In this document: in pieces, positions 1 to 10,281 of the stretch
Position numbering within the stretch: position 1 is the stretch's first letter
Layout: the number at the start of each line of letters is the position of its first letter
Source: an uncultured Burkholderiaceae bacterium
Lineage (GTDB): Bacteria; Pseudomonadota; Gammaproteobacteria; Burkholderiales; Burkholderiaceae_C
Direction: 5' to 3'
DNA: 32,218 nucleotides
NCBI GenBank assembly: GCA_964602505.1
Contig: CAZRRW010000002.1
Location: 1-32,218, forward strand
Notes under the pieces: generated by a model
The model's input: only the letters and a program-made list of their open reading frames with translations
Database searches by the model: none
What the model was told of the DNA's origin: nothing
Position numbers and translations under genes: made by a program

Positions 1-362
1 CTGAAGACGAGTTTGAAAGTTTGAGGTCACAGAATGTGACCTCAAAGCGCGGCGGTCGACGGTACTTGCCCCTGGCCTTCACCGAGCACGGTGCCATCAT
101 GGCCGCCAGCGTGCTCAGTTCTGACCGGGCGGTGGAGATGAGCGTTTACGTGGTGCGCGCCTTTGTGCAGCTGCGAGCCGTGCTACTGGTCCACAAAGCA
201 CTGGCTGACAAGCTGGCCGCCCTAGAGCGGCGGGTGTCGCACCACGACAACTCCTTGGCCGAGGTGATAGACGCGATTCGCGCCCTCATGGCACAGCCCA
301 AACCCGCCAACAGGCCTATTGGCTTTACTGCAGATGTGACGGCTAAGCCCACAGAACGCTAG
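1..362 (+). CDS. ORF6N-domain protein (KilA-N-like/antirepressor-type), 5'-truncated by the window edge
   Basis: The frame is open from base 3 to the TAG at 360-362. The sequence ...[50 protein letters not shown] matches my recollection of the conserved ORF6N core (GGRRYLPYAFTEHG). The listed TTG at 21 is probably not the true start. Confidence 0.75.
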   Translation, partial: EDEFESLRSQNVTSKRGGRRYLPLAFTEHGAIMAASVLSSDRAVEMSVYVVRAFVQLRAVLLVHKALADKLAALERRVSHHDNSLAEVIDAIRALMAQPKPANRPIGFTADVTAKPTER

Positions 363-1759
363 TTGGCCTCAACCGCCGCGCCCACGCCAAACAGCAGCGC
401 CTCGCGCAGCATGGGCGCAATAAGCTGGCAGCCAAAGGGCAGCCCGTTGCCCCAGTGCCCGGCGGGCAGGCTCAGCGCGGGCAGGCCCAGGTAGTTGATG
501 GGGCGCGTCCAGCGGCCCATGCCCGCCACCATGGCCAACATGGCGTCGCTGCCGCCCACGTCGGCCTCGGCCACGGTGGGGGTGGCAATGGTCACCACCG
601 GGGCGTGCAGCACGTCGCACTTGGCAAACACCTCGCGCATCCACGCGTCCAGTGCGGTCTTCTGGAACAGCTTGGCCCGCACATATTCATAGCCGGGCAC
701 GGCCAGCCCGGCCTCCAGCCGCTTCAGCACCTGGGGCGAATAGTCTTGCGGCCGCGTGGCCATCCACGGGGCGTGGTGGGCGGTGGCTTCGGCCTGCAGC
801 ACCTTCATGCTGGCCGCAAAAATCTCGTCGCTGTAGGGCACGGTCACGTTCACCAGGGTGGCGCTCGCGTCGGTAAAGCGCTTCAGGCTTTCGGCCATCA
901 GGCGCGCGGCCTCGCCGGTGCAGGCGCCGTGGCCGTAGTTGTCGGCCACGCCAATGCGCACGCCCTTCAGGCTCTGCATGGGCTGCCACACCCAGGTGGG
1001 GGTGTGGGTTTGCGCGGCGCCAAACAGCAGGGCGCAGTCAGCCACGGTGCGCGTGAGGAAGCCAATGGTGTCCAGGCTGTCGCTCAGGGGCATGGCCCCG
1101 CGGGTGTTGATGGCGCCCAGGCTGGTTTTGATGCCCACCGTGCCGCAAAACCCTGCCGGGTGCCGCACCGAGCCGCCGGTGTCTGAGCCCAGCGCCCCAA
1201 AGTTGGCAAAGGCGCCCACGCTCGAGCCGCTGCCGCTGCTGCTGCCGCCGGTGATGTAGGCCGGGTTCACCGGGTTGCGGCAGGCGCCCAGGTGGGCGTT
1301 GTGGCCGGTGTTGCCGTAGGCAAATTCGGCCATGTGCAGCTTGCCAAACTCAATGGCCCCGGCGGCGTCCAGCTTTTCCAGCACGGTGGCGGTTTCCTTG
1401 GCCACCACGTTGCCGGTGATGGCGCTGCCGCAGCCGCTGGCCTGCCCGGCGCGGGCAAACATGTCTTTGTGCGCAAAGGGAACGCCCAGCAAGGGGGGCG
1501 GGGCCTTGCCCGCGGCCTTGAAGGCGGCGCGTTTGGCGTCGGCCGCCTCGGCGGCCTTCAGCGCTGCGTCGTCGTTGATCTGCACAAAGCAGTTCAGGTG
1601 CGGCTGCACTTCCTTGGCGCGGGCCAGCAGGGCCTGGGCCACTTCAACGCTGGTGGTGGCGCCGCTTTGCAGTTGCGCCACCAGGGCCGTCAGGCTTTGC
1701 GCCAGCAGGGGGTTGCTGGGGGTTTGTTGGTAAGGGGCTTTTGGGGTTGGTGCGGTCAT
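359..1759 (-). CDS. Amidase-signature family enzyme (GatA-like amidase)
   Basis: 466 aa. Contains the amidase signature [12 protein letters not shown] and the flanking [10 protein letters not shown] motif. It is the last gene of the minus-strand operon. Confidence 0.93.
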   Translation of the reverse strand: MTAPTPKAPYQQTPSNPLLAQSLTALVAQLQSGATTSVEVAQALLARAKEVQPHLNCFVQINDDAALKAAEAADAKRAAFKAAGKAPPPLLGVPFAHKDMFARAGQASGCGSAITGNVVAKETATVLEKLDAAGAIEFGKLHMAEFAYGNTGHNAHLGACRNPVNPAYITGGSSSGSGSSVGAFANFGALGSDTGGSVRHPAGFCGTVGIKTSLGAINTRGAMPLSDSLDTIGFLTRTVADCALLFGAAQTHTPTWVWQPMQSLKGVRIGVADNYGHGACTGEAARLMAESLKRFTDASATLVNVTVPYSDEIFAASMKVLQAEATAHHAPWMATRPQDYSPQVLKRLEAGLAVPGYEYVRAKLFQKTALDAWMREVFAKCDVLHAPVVTIATPTVAEADVGGSDAMLAMVAGMGRWTRPINYLGLPALSLPAGHWGNGLPFGCQLIAPMLREALLFGVGAAVEAN

Positions 1760-1823
1760 GGCTTGGCTTTCAGGTGGGCGCTTGGGCGGGGGTCATCCAC
1801 GCGGGGCTTCAGCCGGGGCAATA

Positions 1824-2576
1824 TCAGCGCGGCGCTTCGGCCGCAAAGCGCCCCAGGTAAGGTTTTGCGCCGGGCGCGGCATAAGGGCCCAGCTTGCTGG
1901 TGCGCAGGCCCAGGGCCACCAGGGCCTCGGCCAGCTTGGTGGCGGCGGCCACGCCGTCCACCACGGGCACGCCGTGCTGCTGGCTCAGGCTGGCGGCCAG
2001 GTCGGCCATGCCCGCGCAGCCCAGCACAATGGCTTGGGCGCCGTCGTCACGCAGGCACTGGGCAATGGTGGCGTCAATCTGCGCACGGGCCGCGCGGCCC
2101 TCGGCCGAGGCGGCGTCTTCCAGGTCCAGCACGGGCACGTCGCTGGCGCGCACGCGGGTGCAGCGGCTATACATCCCGTACTTCAGCAGGTTGTGCTCAA
2201 TGGCGCCCACGCTGCGCTCCAGCGTGGTGACCACGCCAAACTTGTGCGCCACCAGGCTGGCGGCATGAAAGGCCGCTTCGCCAATGCCAATCACCGGTGC
2301 GCCGCTCAGGCAGCGCGCGGCGTCCAGGCCGGTGTCGTCAAAGCAGGCAAGAACGTAGGCTTGTGGTTCTGGGGCGGTTTGCTGCAGGCGGCGCATTTCG
2401 GCCAGCAGGCCGGGCACGGAATAGGCCTCGTCGACATACCCCTCAATGGACACCGGCCCGTCGGCCGGGTTGCTGGCTACCACGGTGGTGCCCGCCGCAG
2501 CCACCGCGCGCGCGGCCGCGCCAATCTTGGCCGTCATGGCGGCGGTGGTGTTGGGGTTGATGACGGCGATGTGCAT
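1824..2576 (-). CDS. Asp/Glu/hydantoin racemase family protein (HyuE-like)
   Basis: MHIAVINPNTT N-terminus. The two catalytic-Cys contexts, VLACFDDTGL and IVLGCAGMADL, resemble the hydantoin racemase Cys76/Cys181 motifs. I chose the start at ATG 2576 over ATG 2585. Confidence 0.85.
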   Translation of the reverse strand: MHIAVINPNTTAAMTAKIGAAARAVAAAGTTVVASNPADGPVSIEGYVDEAYSVPGLLAEMRRLQQTAPEPQAYVLACFDDTGLDAARCLSGAPVIGIGEAAFHAASLVAHKFGVVTTLERSVGAIEHNLLKYGMYSRCTRVRASDVPVLDLEDAASAEGRAARAQIDATIAQCLRDDGAQAIVLGCAGMADLAASLSQQHGVPVVDGVAAATKLAEALVALGLRTSKLGPYAAPGAKPYLGRFAAEAPR

Positions 2577-2641
2577 GGTTGGCATTGTGGCGGCGTGCTC
2601 CGCGCAGGCAGCGGGCCGGGCCGCTGCCCAAGCCCGCCCCC

Positions 2642-3697
2642 TCAGTGCACCGCTTCGGGCGGTGCCCAGGCGGGCAGTTCGGCCAGGCGGAAGCAGCGGG
2701 CCTGGTGCTGGGCCGCAGCGTCGCCCACGGCCTGCGCCTCGGGCTGGCTGCCCATGCAGGCTTCGGTGGCAAATTTGCAGCGCGGCGCAAAGGCGCAGCC
2801 GGGTGGCAGGTTGGCCAGGTCGGGCGGCGAGCCGCCAATGGCCTCCAGCCGGGGGCGGGCGCGCCCGGCGGCCAGGGCCTCGGTGGCGCTGGTCATGCCA
2901 GCGCGGCTGGCCATCAGCGCCATGGTGTAGGGGTGGCGCGGCGAGCGGATGATCTCGCGCACGGGGCCGGCTTCCACAATGCGCCCGGCGTACATCACCG
3001 CAATGCGGTCGGCCACCTCCACCGCGGCGCCCATGTCGTGGGTGACGAAGATGATGGACAGGCCCAGGTCGCGCTGCAGCTCACGCAGCAGGATGAGCAC
3101 CTGGATCTGCACCGTGGCGTCAAGCGCGGTGGTGGGTTCGTCAGCCAGCAGCACCTTGGGGTTGCAGGCCAGGGCCAGGGCAATCATGGCGCGCTGGCGC
3201 ATGCCGCCGCTCATTTCGTGCGGGTAGGCGGCCAGCCGCCGCTCGGGGCTGGGAATGCGCACCCGCTCAAACAGAGCCAGGGCGCGGGCGTGGGCGTCGG
3301 CCGCGCTCACGCCGGGCTCGTGGCGGCGAATGCTCTCCACAATCTGCTGGCCCACGCTGTACACAGGATCCAGCGCCAGCAAGGGCTCCTGGAAGATCAT
3401 GGCGCAGGTCTTGCCGCGGTAGTCGGCCAACTCACTCGCGCTCATGGCCGTGACGTCTTGCCCCAGCACCTGGATGCGCCCGCCCAGCTGCGAGCTGCGC
3501 GCCGCGTGCAGGCGCATGAGGCTGCGCAGCGTGACCGACTTGCCCGAGCCCGACTCGCCAATCAGGGCCACGGTTTCGCCGGGCATCACGCTCAGGCTGA
3601 CGCCGTCGACCGCGCGCACCGGCTTGGGCCCGGCGGTGAAGGTGACGCGCAGGTCGCTGAGCGAGACCACGGGCGATGCGGTGGGGGCGGTGGTCAT
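2642..3697 (-). CDS. ABC transporter ATP-binding protein (DppD/OppD-like, with C-terminal oligopeptide extension)
   Basis: Walker A GESGSGKS, signature MSGGMRQR, Walker [12 protein letters not shown]. Confidence 0.93.
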   Translation of the reverse strand: MTTAPTASPVVSLSDLRVTFTAGPKPVRAVDGVSLSVMPGETVALIGESGSGKSVTLRSLMRLHAARSSQLGGRIQVLGQDVTAMSASELADYRGKTCAMIFQEPLLALDPVYSVGQQIVESIRRHEPGVSAADAHARALALFERVRIPSPERRLAAYPHEMSGGMRQRAMIALALACNPKVLLADEPTTALDATVQIQVLILLRELQRDLGLSIIFVTHDMGAAVEVADRIAVMYAGRIVEAGPVREIIRSPRHPYTMALMASRAGMTSATEALAAGRARPRLEAIGGSPPDLANLPPGCAFAPRCKFATEACMGSQPEAQAVGDAAAQHQARCFRLAELPAWAPPEAVH

Positions 3698-3721
3698 GGG
3701 CGTGGGTGGGTGGGTCAGGCT

Positions 3722-4744
3722 TCAGGCGGCGGCGCGCAGCGCCTTGCTGTGGCCCGAGCCCTGTTCGTGAATCAGGCAGGCCACCGTGTGCGGGGCCAGG
3801 CCTGCGGGCGTGCCAGCCGCAGTGGCCAGGCCGGGCTTGCGCTGGGCGCACACCGGCTCGGCCATGGGGCAGCGGGTGTGAAAGCGGCAGCCGCTGGGCG
3901 GGTTGATGGGGTTGGGCGGGTCGCCGGCAATGGGCGGCTCGGTGGTGCGGTCGTCTGGGTCCATGCTGGGCATGGAGCCCACCAGGGCACGGCTGTAGGG
4001 GTGCAGCGGCTCGTCAAACACCGGGCCTGCGGGGCCAATCTCGGCCACCTCACCCAGGTACATCACCATCACGCGGTCGCTGATGTAGCGCACCACGTGC
4101 AGGTCGTGGCTGATGAACAGGTAGGTGAGCTTGAACTCGTCTTTCAGGTCCAGCAGGAGATTGAGCACCTGCGCCTCGACCGACTTGTCGAGCGCGGAGA
4201 CGGCTTCGTCGAGGATGATGATGCGCGGCTGCAGGGCCAGGGCGCGGGCGATGTTGACGCGCTGGCGCTGCCCGCCCGAGAGTTCATGCGGGTAGCGCCC
4301 GGCAAAGCGCGCGGGCTCCAGCCCCACACGGGCCAGCAGGTCGCGGGCGCGGGTAATGGCCTCGCCCTCGGGCACGCCGTGCACCTTGGGGCCAAAGGCA
4401 ATGGAGTCTTCAATGGTCAGGCGCGGGTTCAGCGACGAATAGCTGTCCTGGAACACCATTTGCACCTGGCGGCGGAACTCGCGCAGGGGCAGGTCGCGCG
4501 AGCCCACGGCCATGCCGTCGAAGATCACTTCGCCTGCGGTGGGCTCAATCAGGCGCATCAGCAGCCGCGCGGTGGTGCTTTTGCCGCAGCCCGACTCGCC
4601 CACGATGCCCAGCGTCTCGCCCGACATCACGGAAAAGCTCACGTCGTCCACCGCGCGCACCACGCCAGCGCCCTTGCCAAACAGGCCGCCTTTCAGCGGG
4701 AAGTGCTTGACCAGGGACTTGACTTGAAGGAGGGGGGCGGTCAC
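3722..4744 (-). CDS. ABC transporter ATP-binding protein (DppF/OppF-like)
   Basis: Walker A GESGCGKS, signature LSGGQRQR, Walker [12 protein letters not shown]. The GTG start overlaps the upstream permease stop (GTGA), suggesting translational coupling. Confidence 0.93.
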   Translation of the reverse strand: MTAPLLQVKSLVKHFPLKGGLFGKGAGVVRAVDDVSFSVMSGETLGIVGESGCGKSTTARLLMRLIEPTAGEVIFDGMAVGSRDLPLREFRRQVQMVFQDSYSSLNPRLTIEDSIAFGPKVHGVPEGEAITRARDLLARVGLEPARFAGRYPHELSGGQRQRVNIARALALQPRIIILDEAVSALDKSVEAQVLNLLLDLKDEFKLTYLFISHDLHVVRYISDRVMVMYLGEVAEIGPAGPVFDEPLHPYSRALVGSMPSMDPDDRTTEPPIAGDPPNPINPPSGCRFHTRCPMAEPVCAQRKPGLATAAGTPAGLAPHTVACLIHEQGSGHSKALRAAA

Positions 4745-5637
4745 TGCTTGACTTCCATGGCAGAACGGATGCCATCACTCAGCAGGTTGAACGAGATGGA
4801 GGTGATGAAGATCATCACGCCGGGCAGGGCGGCCACCCAGGGCTGCGAATAGATGGCCGTGCGCAGGGTGTTGAGCATCAGGCCCCACTCGGGCTCGGGC
4901 GGCTTGACACCCAGGCCCAGGAAGCTCAGGCCCGAGGCCAGGATCATGCTCACCGCAATGAGGCTGGTGGCGTACACGAACACGGGTCCCAGGGCATTGC
5001 CCAGCACATGCACCCGCACGATGGTGAAGGCGCTGGCCCCGCTGGCGCGCGCGGCTTCCACATAGTCGCGGGTGCGCACCTGGGTGGTCACGGCCTCGGC
5101 CACCCGCGCAATCTGCGGAATGAACACGATGGTCAGTGACACCAGGGCGTTGGTGATGCCTGCGCCCAGCGCGCCCGACAGGGCAATGGCCAGCAGCACA
5201 GAGGGGAAGGCGTAGAACACGTCAATGGTGCGCATGATGACCGTGTTGGTCAGCCCGCCGGCATACCCCGCCAGCAGGCCGATGCTGGTGCCGATGATGA
5301 AAGCGAATATGACCGGCGTGATGCCCATGAAGAGCGATAGCCGCGCCCCCACGATCAGGCGGCTGAGCATGTCGCGGCCGAGTTCGTCGGTGCCCAGGAG
5401 GTGGCCTTCAAAGCCAATGGGCTTGAGCCGTTTGAACATGCTGCTGGCGGATGGGTCCGCAGGGGCGATCCACGGCGCAAAGATGGCCATGAGGATGAGC
5501 CCCAGCACCACGCAGGCCGCAAAGATGGCCAGCCGGTCGCGCTTGAAGCGGCGCCACACGCCAGCCCAGTAGCCGGGGCTGCGCTCCAGCGGAATGTGGG
5601 CAGGCACGGTGGCTGCGATGGACAGGCTGGTGTTCAT
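4741..5637 (-). CDS. ABC transporter permease (DppC/OppC-like)
   Basis: Multi-pass membrane protein with an N-terminal OppC-type segment. The start was trimmed to ATG 5637 (MNTSLSIAATV...); the 57-codon 5' extension in the track is Cys/Trp/Arg-rich and overlaps the upstream gene. Confidence 0.88.
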   Translation of the reverse strand: MNTSLSIAATVPAHIPLERSPGYWAGVWRRFKRDRLAIFAACVVLGLILMAIFAPWIAPADPSASSMFKRLKPIGFEGHLLGTDELGRDMLSRLIVGARLSLFMGITPVIFAFIIGTSIGLLAGYAGGLTNTVIMRTIDVFYAFPSVLLAIALSGALGAGITNALVSLTIVFIPQIARVAEAVTTQVRTRDYVEAARASGASAFTIVRVHVLGNALGPVFVYATSLIAVSMILASGLSFLGLGVKPPEPEWGLMLNTLRTAIYSQPWVAALPGVMIFITSISFNLLSDGIRSAMEVKQ

Positions 5638-5674
5638 GGCCGGGCCGTGCCGAGCGTGGGAAAGGAATCGCTCG

Positions 5675-6628
5675 TCATGATCTCGCGATGCGCGGGTCCA
5701 GCGTGGTCTGCACGATGTCCACCACCACGTTGAGCACCACGAAGAAGGTGGCCAGCACAAGGATGCTGCCCTGAAGCAGGGGCAGGTCGCGCTGGAAGAT
5801 GGCGGCATTCAGCAGGAAGCCGGTGCCCGGCCATGAGAACACCGTCTCGATGAGGATGGAGCCGCCCAGCAGGTAGCCCAGCTGCAGGCCCATGACGGCC
5901 AGCGCGGTGGGCGCGCAGTTCTTGACGACGTGCATGAACACGCCAAAGTCGGTCAGGCCCTTGGCGCGCAGGCCCACCACAAACTCTTGCGCCAGCGTCT
6001 CGGCCACCAGGGCGCGCACCGTGCGCGCGATGATGCCCATGGGGATCACGCTCATGGTGATGGCCGGCAGGATCATGTGGCGGATGTGTTCCCAGTTGAG
6101 CTTCCATTCGTCAGAGCCGCCTGGCCCCGCGCCGGTGGCCGGCAGCCAACCCAGGATGGACGAGAAGACAATCACCATCACCATGCCCAGCCAGTAGTGC
6201 GGCACCGACACGCCCATCACCGACAGGAAGGACGCCGCTTTGTCGACCCAGGAGTCGCGGAAGTAGCCGGCCACAAAGCCGAACAGGCAGCCAAAAAAGA
6301 AGCCGATGGCTGTGGCCACGCTGGCCAGCATGAGGGTGTTGCCCACGGCCTTGAACACCTCGGCCAGCACCGGGCGGCTGGTGGCGATGCTGGTGCCAAG
6401 GTCACCCTGCAGGGCGCGCCACAGCCAGGTGAAAAACTGCTCGGGGTACGACCGGTCAAAGCCGTAGAGCTTGCTCATCTGCTCCTGCAGCTCCTGTGAG
6501 GCGTCAGGCGGCAAGATGGAGACCAGCGGGTCGCCGGGGGCGATGTGCACCAGTGCGAAGCACACCAGCGCTACCCCAAACAGGATGGGCACGGTGTACG
6601 CCACGCGGCGCAGCAGATAAGCAAACAT
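5675..6628 (-). CDS. ABC transporter permease (DppB/OppB-like)
   Basis: MFAYLLRRVAYTVPILFGVALVCFALVHIAPGDP is the canonical DppB-type N-terminus. 317 aa. Confidence 0.93.
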   Translation of the reverse strand: MFAYLLRRVAYTVPILFGVALVCFALVHIAPGDPLVSILPPDASQELQEQMSKLYGFDRSYPEQFFTWLWRALQGDLGTSIATSRPVLAEVFKAVGNTLMLASVATAIGFFFGCLFGFVAGYFRDSWVDKAASFLSVMGVSVPHYWLGMVMVIVFSSILGWLPATGAGPGGSDEWKLNWEHIRHMILPAITMSVIPMGIIARTVRALVAETLAQEFVVGLRAKGLTDFGVFMHVVKNCAPTALAVMGLQLGYLLGGSILIETVFSWPGTGFLLNAAIFQRDLPLLQGSILVLATFFVVLNVVVDIVQTTLDPRIARS

Positions 6629-6685
6629 GAGGAGTCAGAAAAAAGCCAAGGCGCGTTGCGCGCCTTGGCCCAAGCGCCTTGGCGC

Positions 6686-8332
6686 TCAGTTCATCCGCAT
6701 CGTGGCAATGTCGATGAACCAGCTTCTTGGCTGGGTGACATTGGTCACGCGGGCAGACATGGCGCGGGGGCCCACATCATGTGCCACCCACAGGAAGGGC
6801 GCTTCTTCCACTACACGGGCATGCAAGCGGGCCAGGGCTTCGTCGCGCTGCTTGGCGTCAAAGCTGGTGCGGGCGCGGTGGATCAGGGCGTCAAATTCGG
6901 CGCTTTGGAAGAAGCCCCAGTTGTTGCTCACGGGCGGTGCCGCGGTCGAGTTGACGAAACGCACCATGGCAAAGAAGGGGTCCATCGCGGCAAAGCTCAC
7001 GTTGATGGCGTTTGCACCCCGGGCGGTGGGGTCCTTCGCGCCGCGCCGCCAGTTGGTAAACAGGGTGTTCCACTCAATGACGTCCAGCTCCACATCAAAG
7101 GCGCACTTCTTGAGGGACTGCTGCAGCCATTCGTTCATGGGCAGGGGTTGCATCTGGCCCGAGCCGGACGCTGACACCTGGATCTTCACCTTCAGCGGCT
7201 TGGCCTGGGTGTGGCCTGCTTCGGCCATGAGCTTCTGTGCGGCTTTCAAGTCGTACTTGATGTCGAACTTGGGGTTGCCCCACCAGGGGTGGCCGGGGCC
7301 CACGGTGCCCTTGGGCTCGGCCATCAGGCCGCCCAGCAGCTTCTTGAGTTCGCTGCGGTCAATGCACAGGTTGGCCGCGTGGCGCACGCGCTTGTCGAGC
7401 CAGGGCGAGCCTTCCACAAAGCTGAACTGCCAGGGCCACACGTGCGGCTGCTGGTTGGTGTAGAGCTTGAAGCCGCGGCTGGTGATCTGCGGCACGGCGT
7501 CAGGCGCGGGGTTCTCGATCCAGTCGACCTGGCCACCCAGCAGGGCGGCGGTGCGGGCGTTGGCTTCGGGCATGGGGATCAGCACCACGCGGTCGATCTG
7601 CGGCACACGGGCCGGGTCCCAGTACTGCTTGTTGGCGACCATCTCGAACCGCTCGCGGGGCACCAGGCGCACGCCGCGGAAGGGGCCGGTGCCAGACGGG
7701 TCAGCCGCAAAGGCCGTCCAGGCGGCGCGCGCACGGTCGGCCGGGGTGGCGCCAGTGGCCGCGTTGAACTTGCTCTGCCAGTGGGCCGGCGAGGCCATGA
7801 ACAGGTTGGTCAGGTTGATGGGCAGGAAGGCGTCGGGCTCGCTGGTGGTTAGCTCAACCGTCAGGTCGTCAATCTTGCGGGCGCTGCGCAGCGTGGGCAT
7901 GCGCGAGGCGGTCACGCCCACCTGGCTGCCGTCAAAGTGGGGGGCGGTGTTGTCCAGCACCTTCTGCACGTTCCACACCACGGCGTCGGCGTTGAAGGGC
8001 GAGCCGTCGTGGAAGCGAACGCCAGGGCGCAGCTTGAACACCCACTTCTTCTTGTCGGCGTTGTCCACCGCCCAGCTGAGCGCCAGGCCGGGGATGAGCA
8101 CGCTGGGCGCATCGGCCTTGGACAAGTCCCACTGGGTGAGGCCGTCGTACATGGGGATGCCAGTGAAGCGGTTGCCCTCGAAGCCCTGGTCGGGCTGGCC
8201 TAGGGTGCGCGGGATGTCGGCGGCGGTCATGGCGATGCGCAGGACCTTCTCTTGGGCCAGGGCGCTGGGTGCGGTGACGGCAGTCAGGCTGACTGCCGCA
8301 GCCATGGCGGCGATGAGGGAGCGAAGTTTCAT
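6686..8332 (-). CDS. ABC transporter substrate-binding protein, family 5 (peptide/opine/nickel type)
   Basis: 548 aa with a Sec signal peptide (MKLRSLIAAMAAAVSLTAVTAPSALA). Size and composition fit the DppA/OppA/NikA family. First gene of the operon. Confidence 0.9.
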   Translation of the reverse strand: MKLRSLIAAMAAAVSLTAVTAPSALAQEKVLRIAMTAADIPRTLGQPDQGFEGNRFTGIPMYDGLTQWDLSKADAPSVLIPGLALSWAVDNADKKKWVFKLRPGVRFHDGSPFNADAVVWNVQKVLDNTAPHFDGSQVGVTASRMPTLRSARKIDDLTVELTTSEPDAFLPINLTNLFMASPAHWQSKFNAATGATPADRARAAWTAFAADPSGTGPFRGVRLVPRERFEMVANKQYWDPARVPQIDRVVLIPMPEANARTAALLGGQVDWIENPAPDAVPQITSRGFKLYTNQQPHVWPWQFSFVEGSPWLDKRVRHAANLCIDRSELKKLLGGLMAEPKGTVGPGHPWWGNPKFDIKYDLKAAQKLMAEAGHTQAKPLKVKIQVSASGSGQMQPLPMNEWLQQSLKKCAFDVELDVIEWNTLFTNWRRGAKDPTARGANAINVSFAAMDPFFAMVRFVNSTAAPPVSNNWGFFQSAEFDALIHRARTSFDAKQRDEALARLHARVVEEAPFLWVAHDVGPRAMSARVTNVTQPRSWFIDIATMRMN

Positions 8333-8564
8333 GGTGGGTCGAAGCTAAGGTTGGTCTGAACAAGCCAGTGGTGGCCACAACAGCCGACGGCTTGGCAAGG
8401 CACAGGGTCTCTATCGCAAAAATCAGGCCATCTGTCCTGGACGCAGTGTGCACCCGTTTGGTGCGGGCGTTTACCCCGGTTTTCCCGTAATCCGAGTGAA
8501 TGGGTGGGCCTGGCGGCCGCGGGCTTGGCCGCGGTGTGGCCCCCCGGCCGTGCCATGGCCAAGC

Positions 8565-9047
8565 TCAGTCGCCGCTGACCACCTGGCGTACGACGTCGGC
8601 GTCAAACCCCCGCGCGGCCAGAAAGCGCATCTGCTGCGCGCGGGCCTTGGCCCGGTCTGGCGCCGGCAGGGTGTGGATGGGCGGGGCGGAGCCAAACTTC
8701 TTCTGCCACACGGCCTGCGCCCGCTCGCGCTCGCTGCCCCGGGCCTGGGCCACCGTCTGGCCCACCAGGCTGGCGCTCAGCCCCTTGTTGCGCAAGGTCT
8801 GCGCAATGACCCGGCTGCCGAACTTGGGGGACTTGCTGGCCAGCACCTGCTCGGCCACGCGGGCCTCACTGAGGAGGCCCTTGGTTTGCAGCGCGTCCAG
8901 CGCGGCGGCAATCTGCTGGGCGGCGCTGGCCTCGGGCGTGTCTTGGGCGTGGGGCGCGAGCTTGCGCTCAAGTTCAGCCCGCGAATGCTCGCGGGCGGCC
9001 AGGTACTTCAGCGCCCGGCCTTTGAGTGACAAGGCCCCAAACGCCAA
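8565..9047 (-). CDS. recX: RecX, regulator of RecA
   Basis: 160 aa. LKGRALKYLAAREHSRAELERKL is the typical RecX N-terminal repeat. The gene lies immediately downstream of recA. Confidence 0.9.
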   Translation of the reverse strand: MAFGALSLKGRALKYLAAREHSRAELERKLAPHAQDTPEASAAQQIAAALDALQTKGLLSEARVAEQVLASKSPKFGSRVIAQTLRNKGLSASLVGQTVAQARGSERERAQAVWQKKFGSAPPIHTLPAPDRAKARAQQMRFLAARGFDADVVRQVVSGD

Positions 9048-9080
9048 GGCGCGGCCCCTCCTGCGTGGTGAGGCAGCGGC

Positions 9081-10124
<1,044 letters not shown>

Positions 10125-10225
10125 GTGAAGTGCTCCTGTGATTGTGGAGGTTTGGTCGGGCACCGCACCCGCAGGGTTTCAAACCACCCAGCCCTGGCGC
10201 CTTCATCACTGGCGTTTAAAACAGG

Positions 10226-10241
10226 CTGTTGGTTTGTACAG
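10226..10241. promoter_or_regulatory. LexA (SOS) box, CTGT-N8-ACAG
   Basis: CTGTTGGTTTGTACAG lies about 100 nt upstream of the recA start. It matches the beta/gamma-proteobacterial SOS box consensus CTGT-N8-ACAG. Confidence 0.75.
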
Positions 10242-10281
10242 TATCACAGCTTTTTCACCTGTCAAGGCCCAGAATCGGCCC

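Noticed and set aside
2579-4852. 757-aa ORF on the plus strand.
   Set aside because: It is antisense to two ABC ATPase genes with canonical Walker motifs. It has a low-complexity GC-artefact composition.
10244-10265. Possible Pho box: an 11-bp-phased TCAC direct repeat (TCACAGCTTTTTCACCTGTCAA) upstream of phoD.
   Set aside because: It ends only about 17 nt before the phoD start codon, so a promoter with this as its -35 element would start transcription inside the CDS. The match to CTGTCAT-N4-CTGTCAT is also poor.
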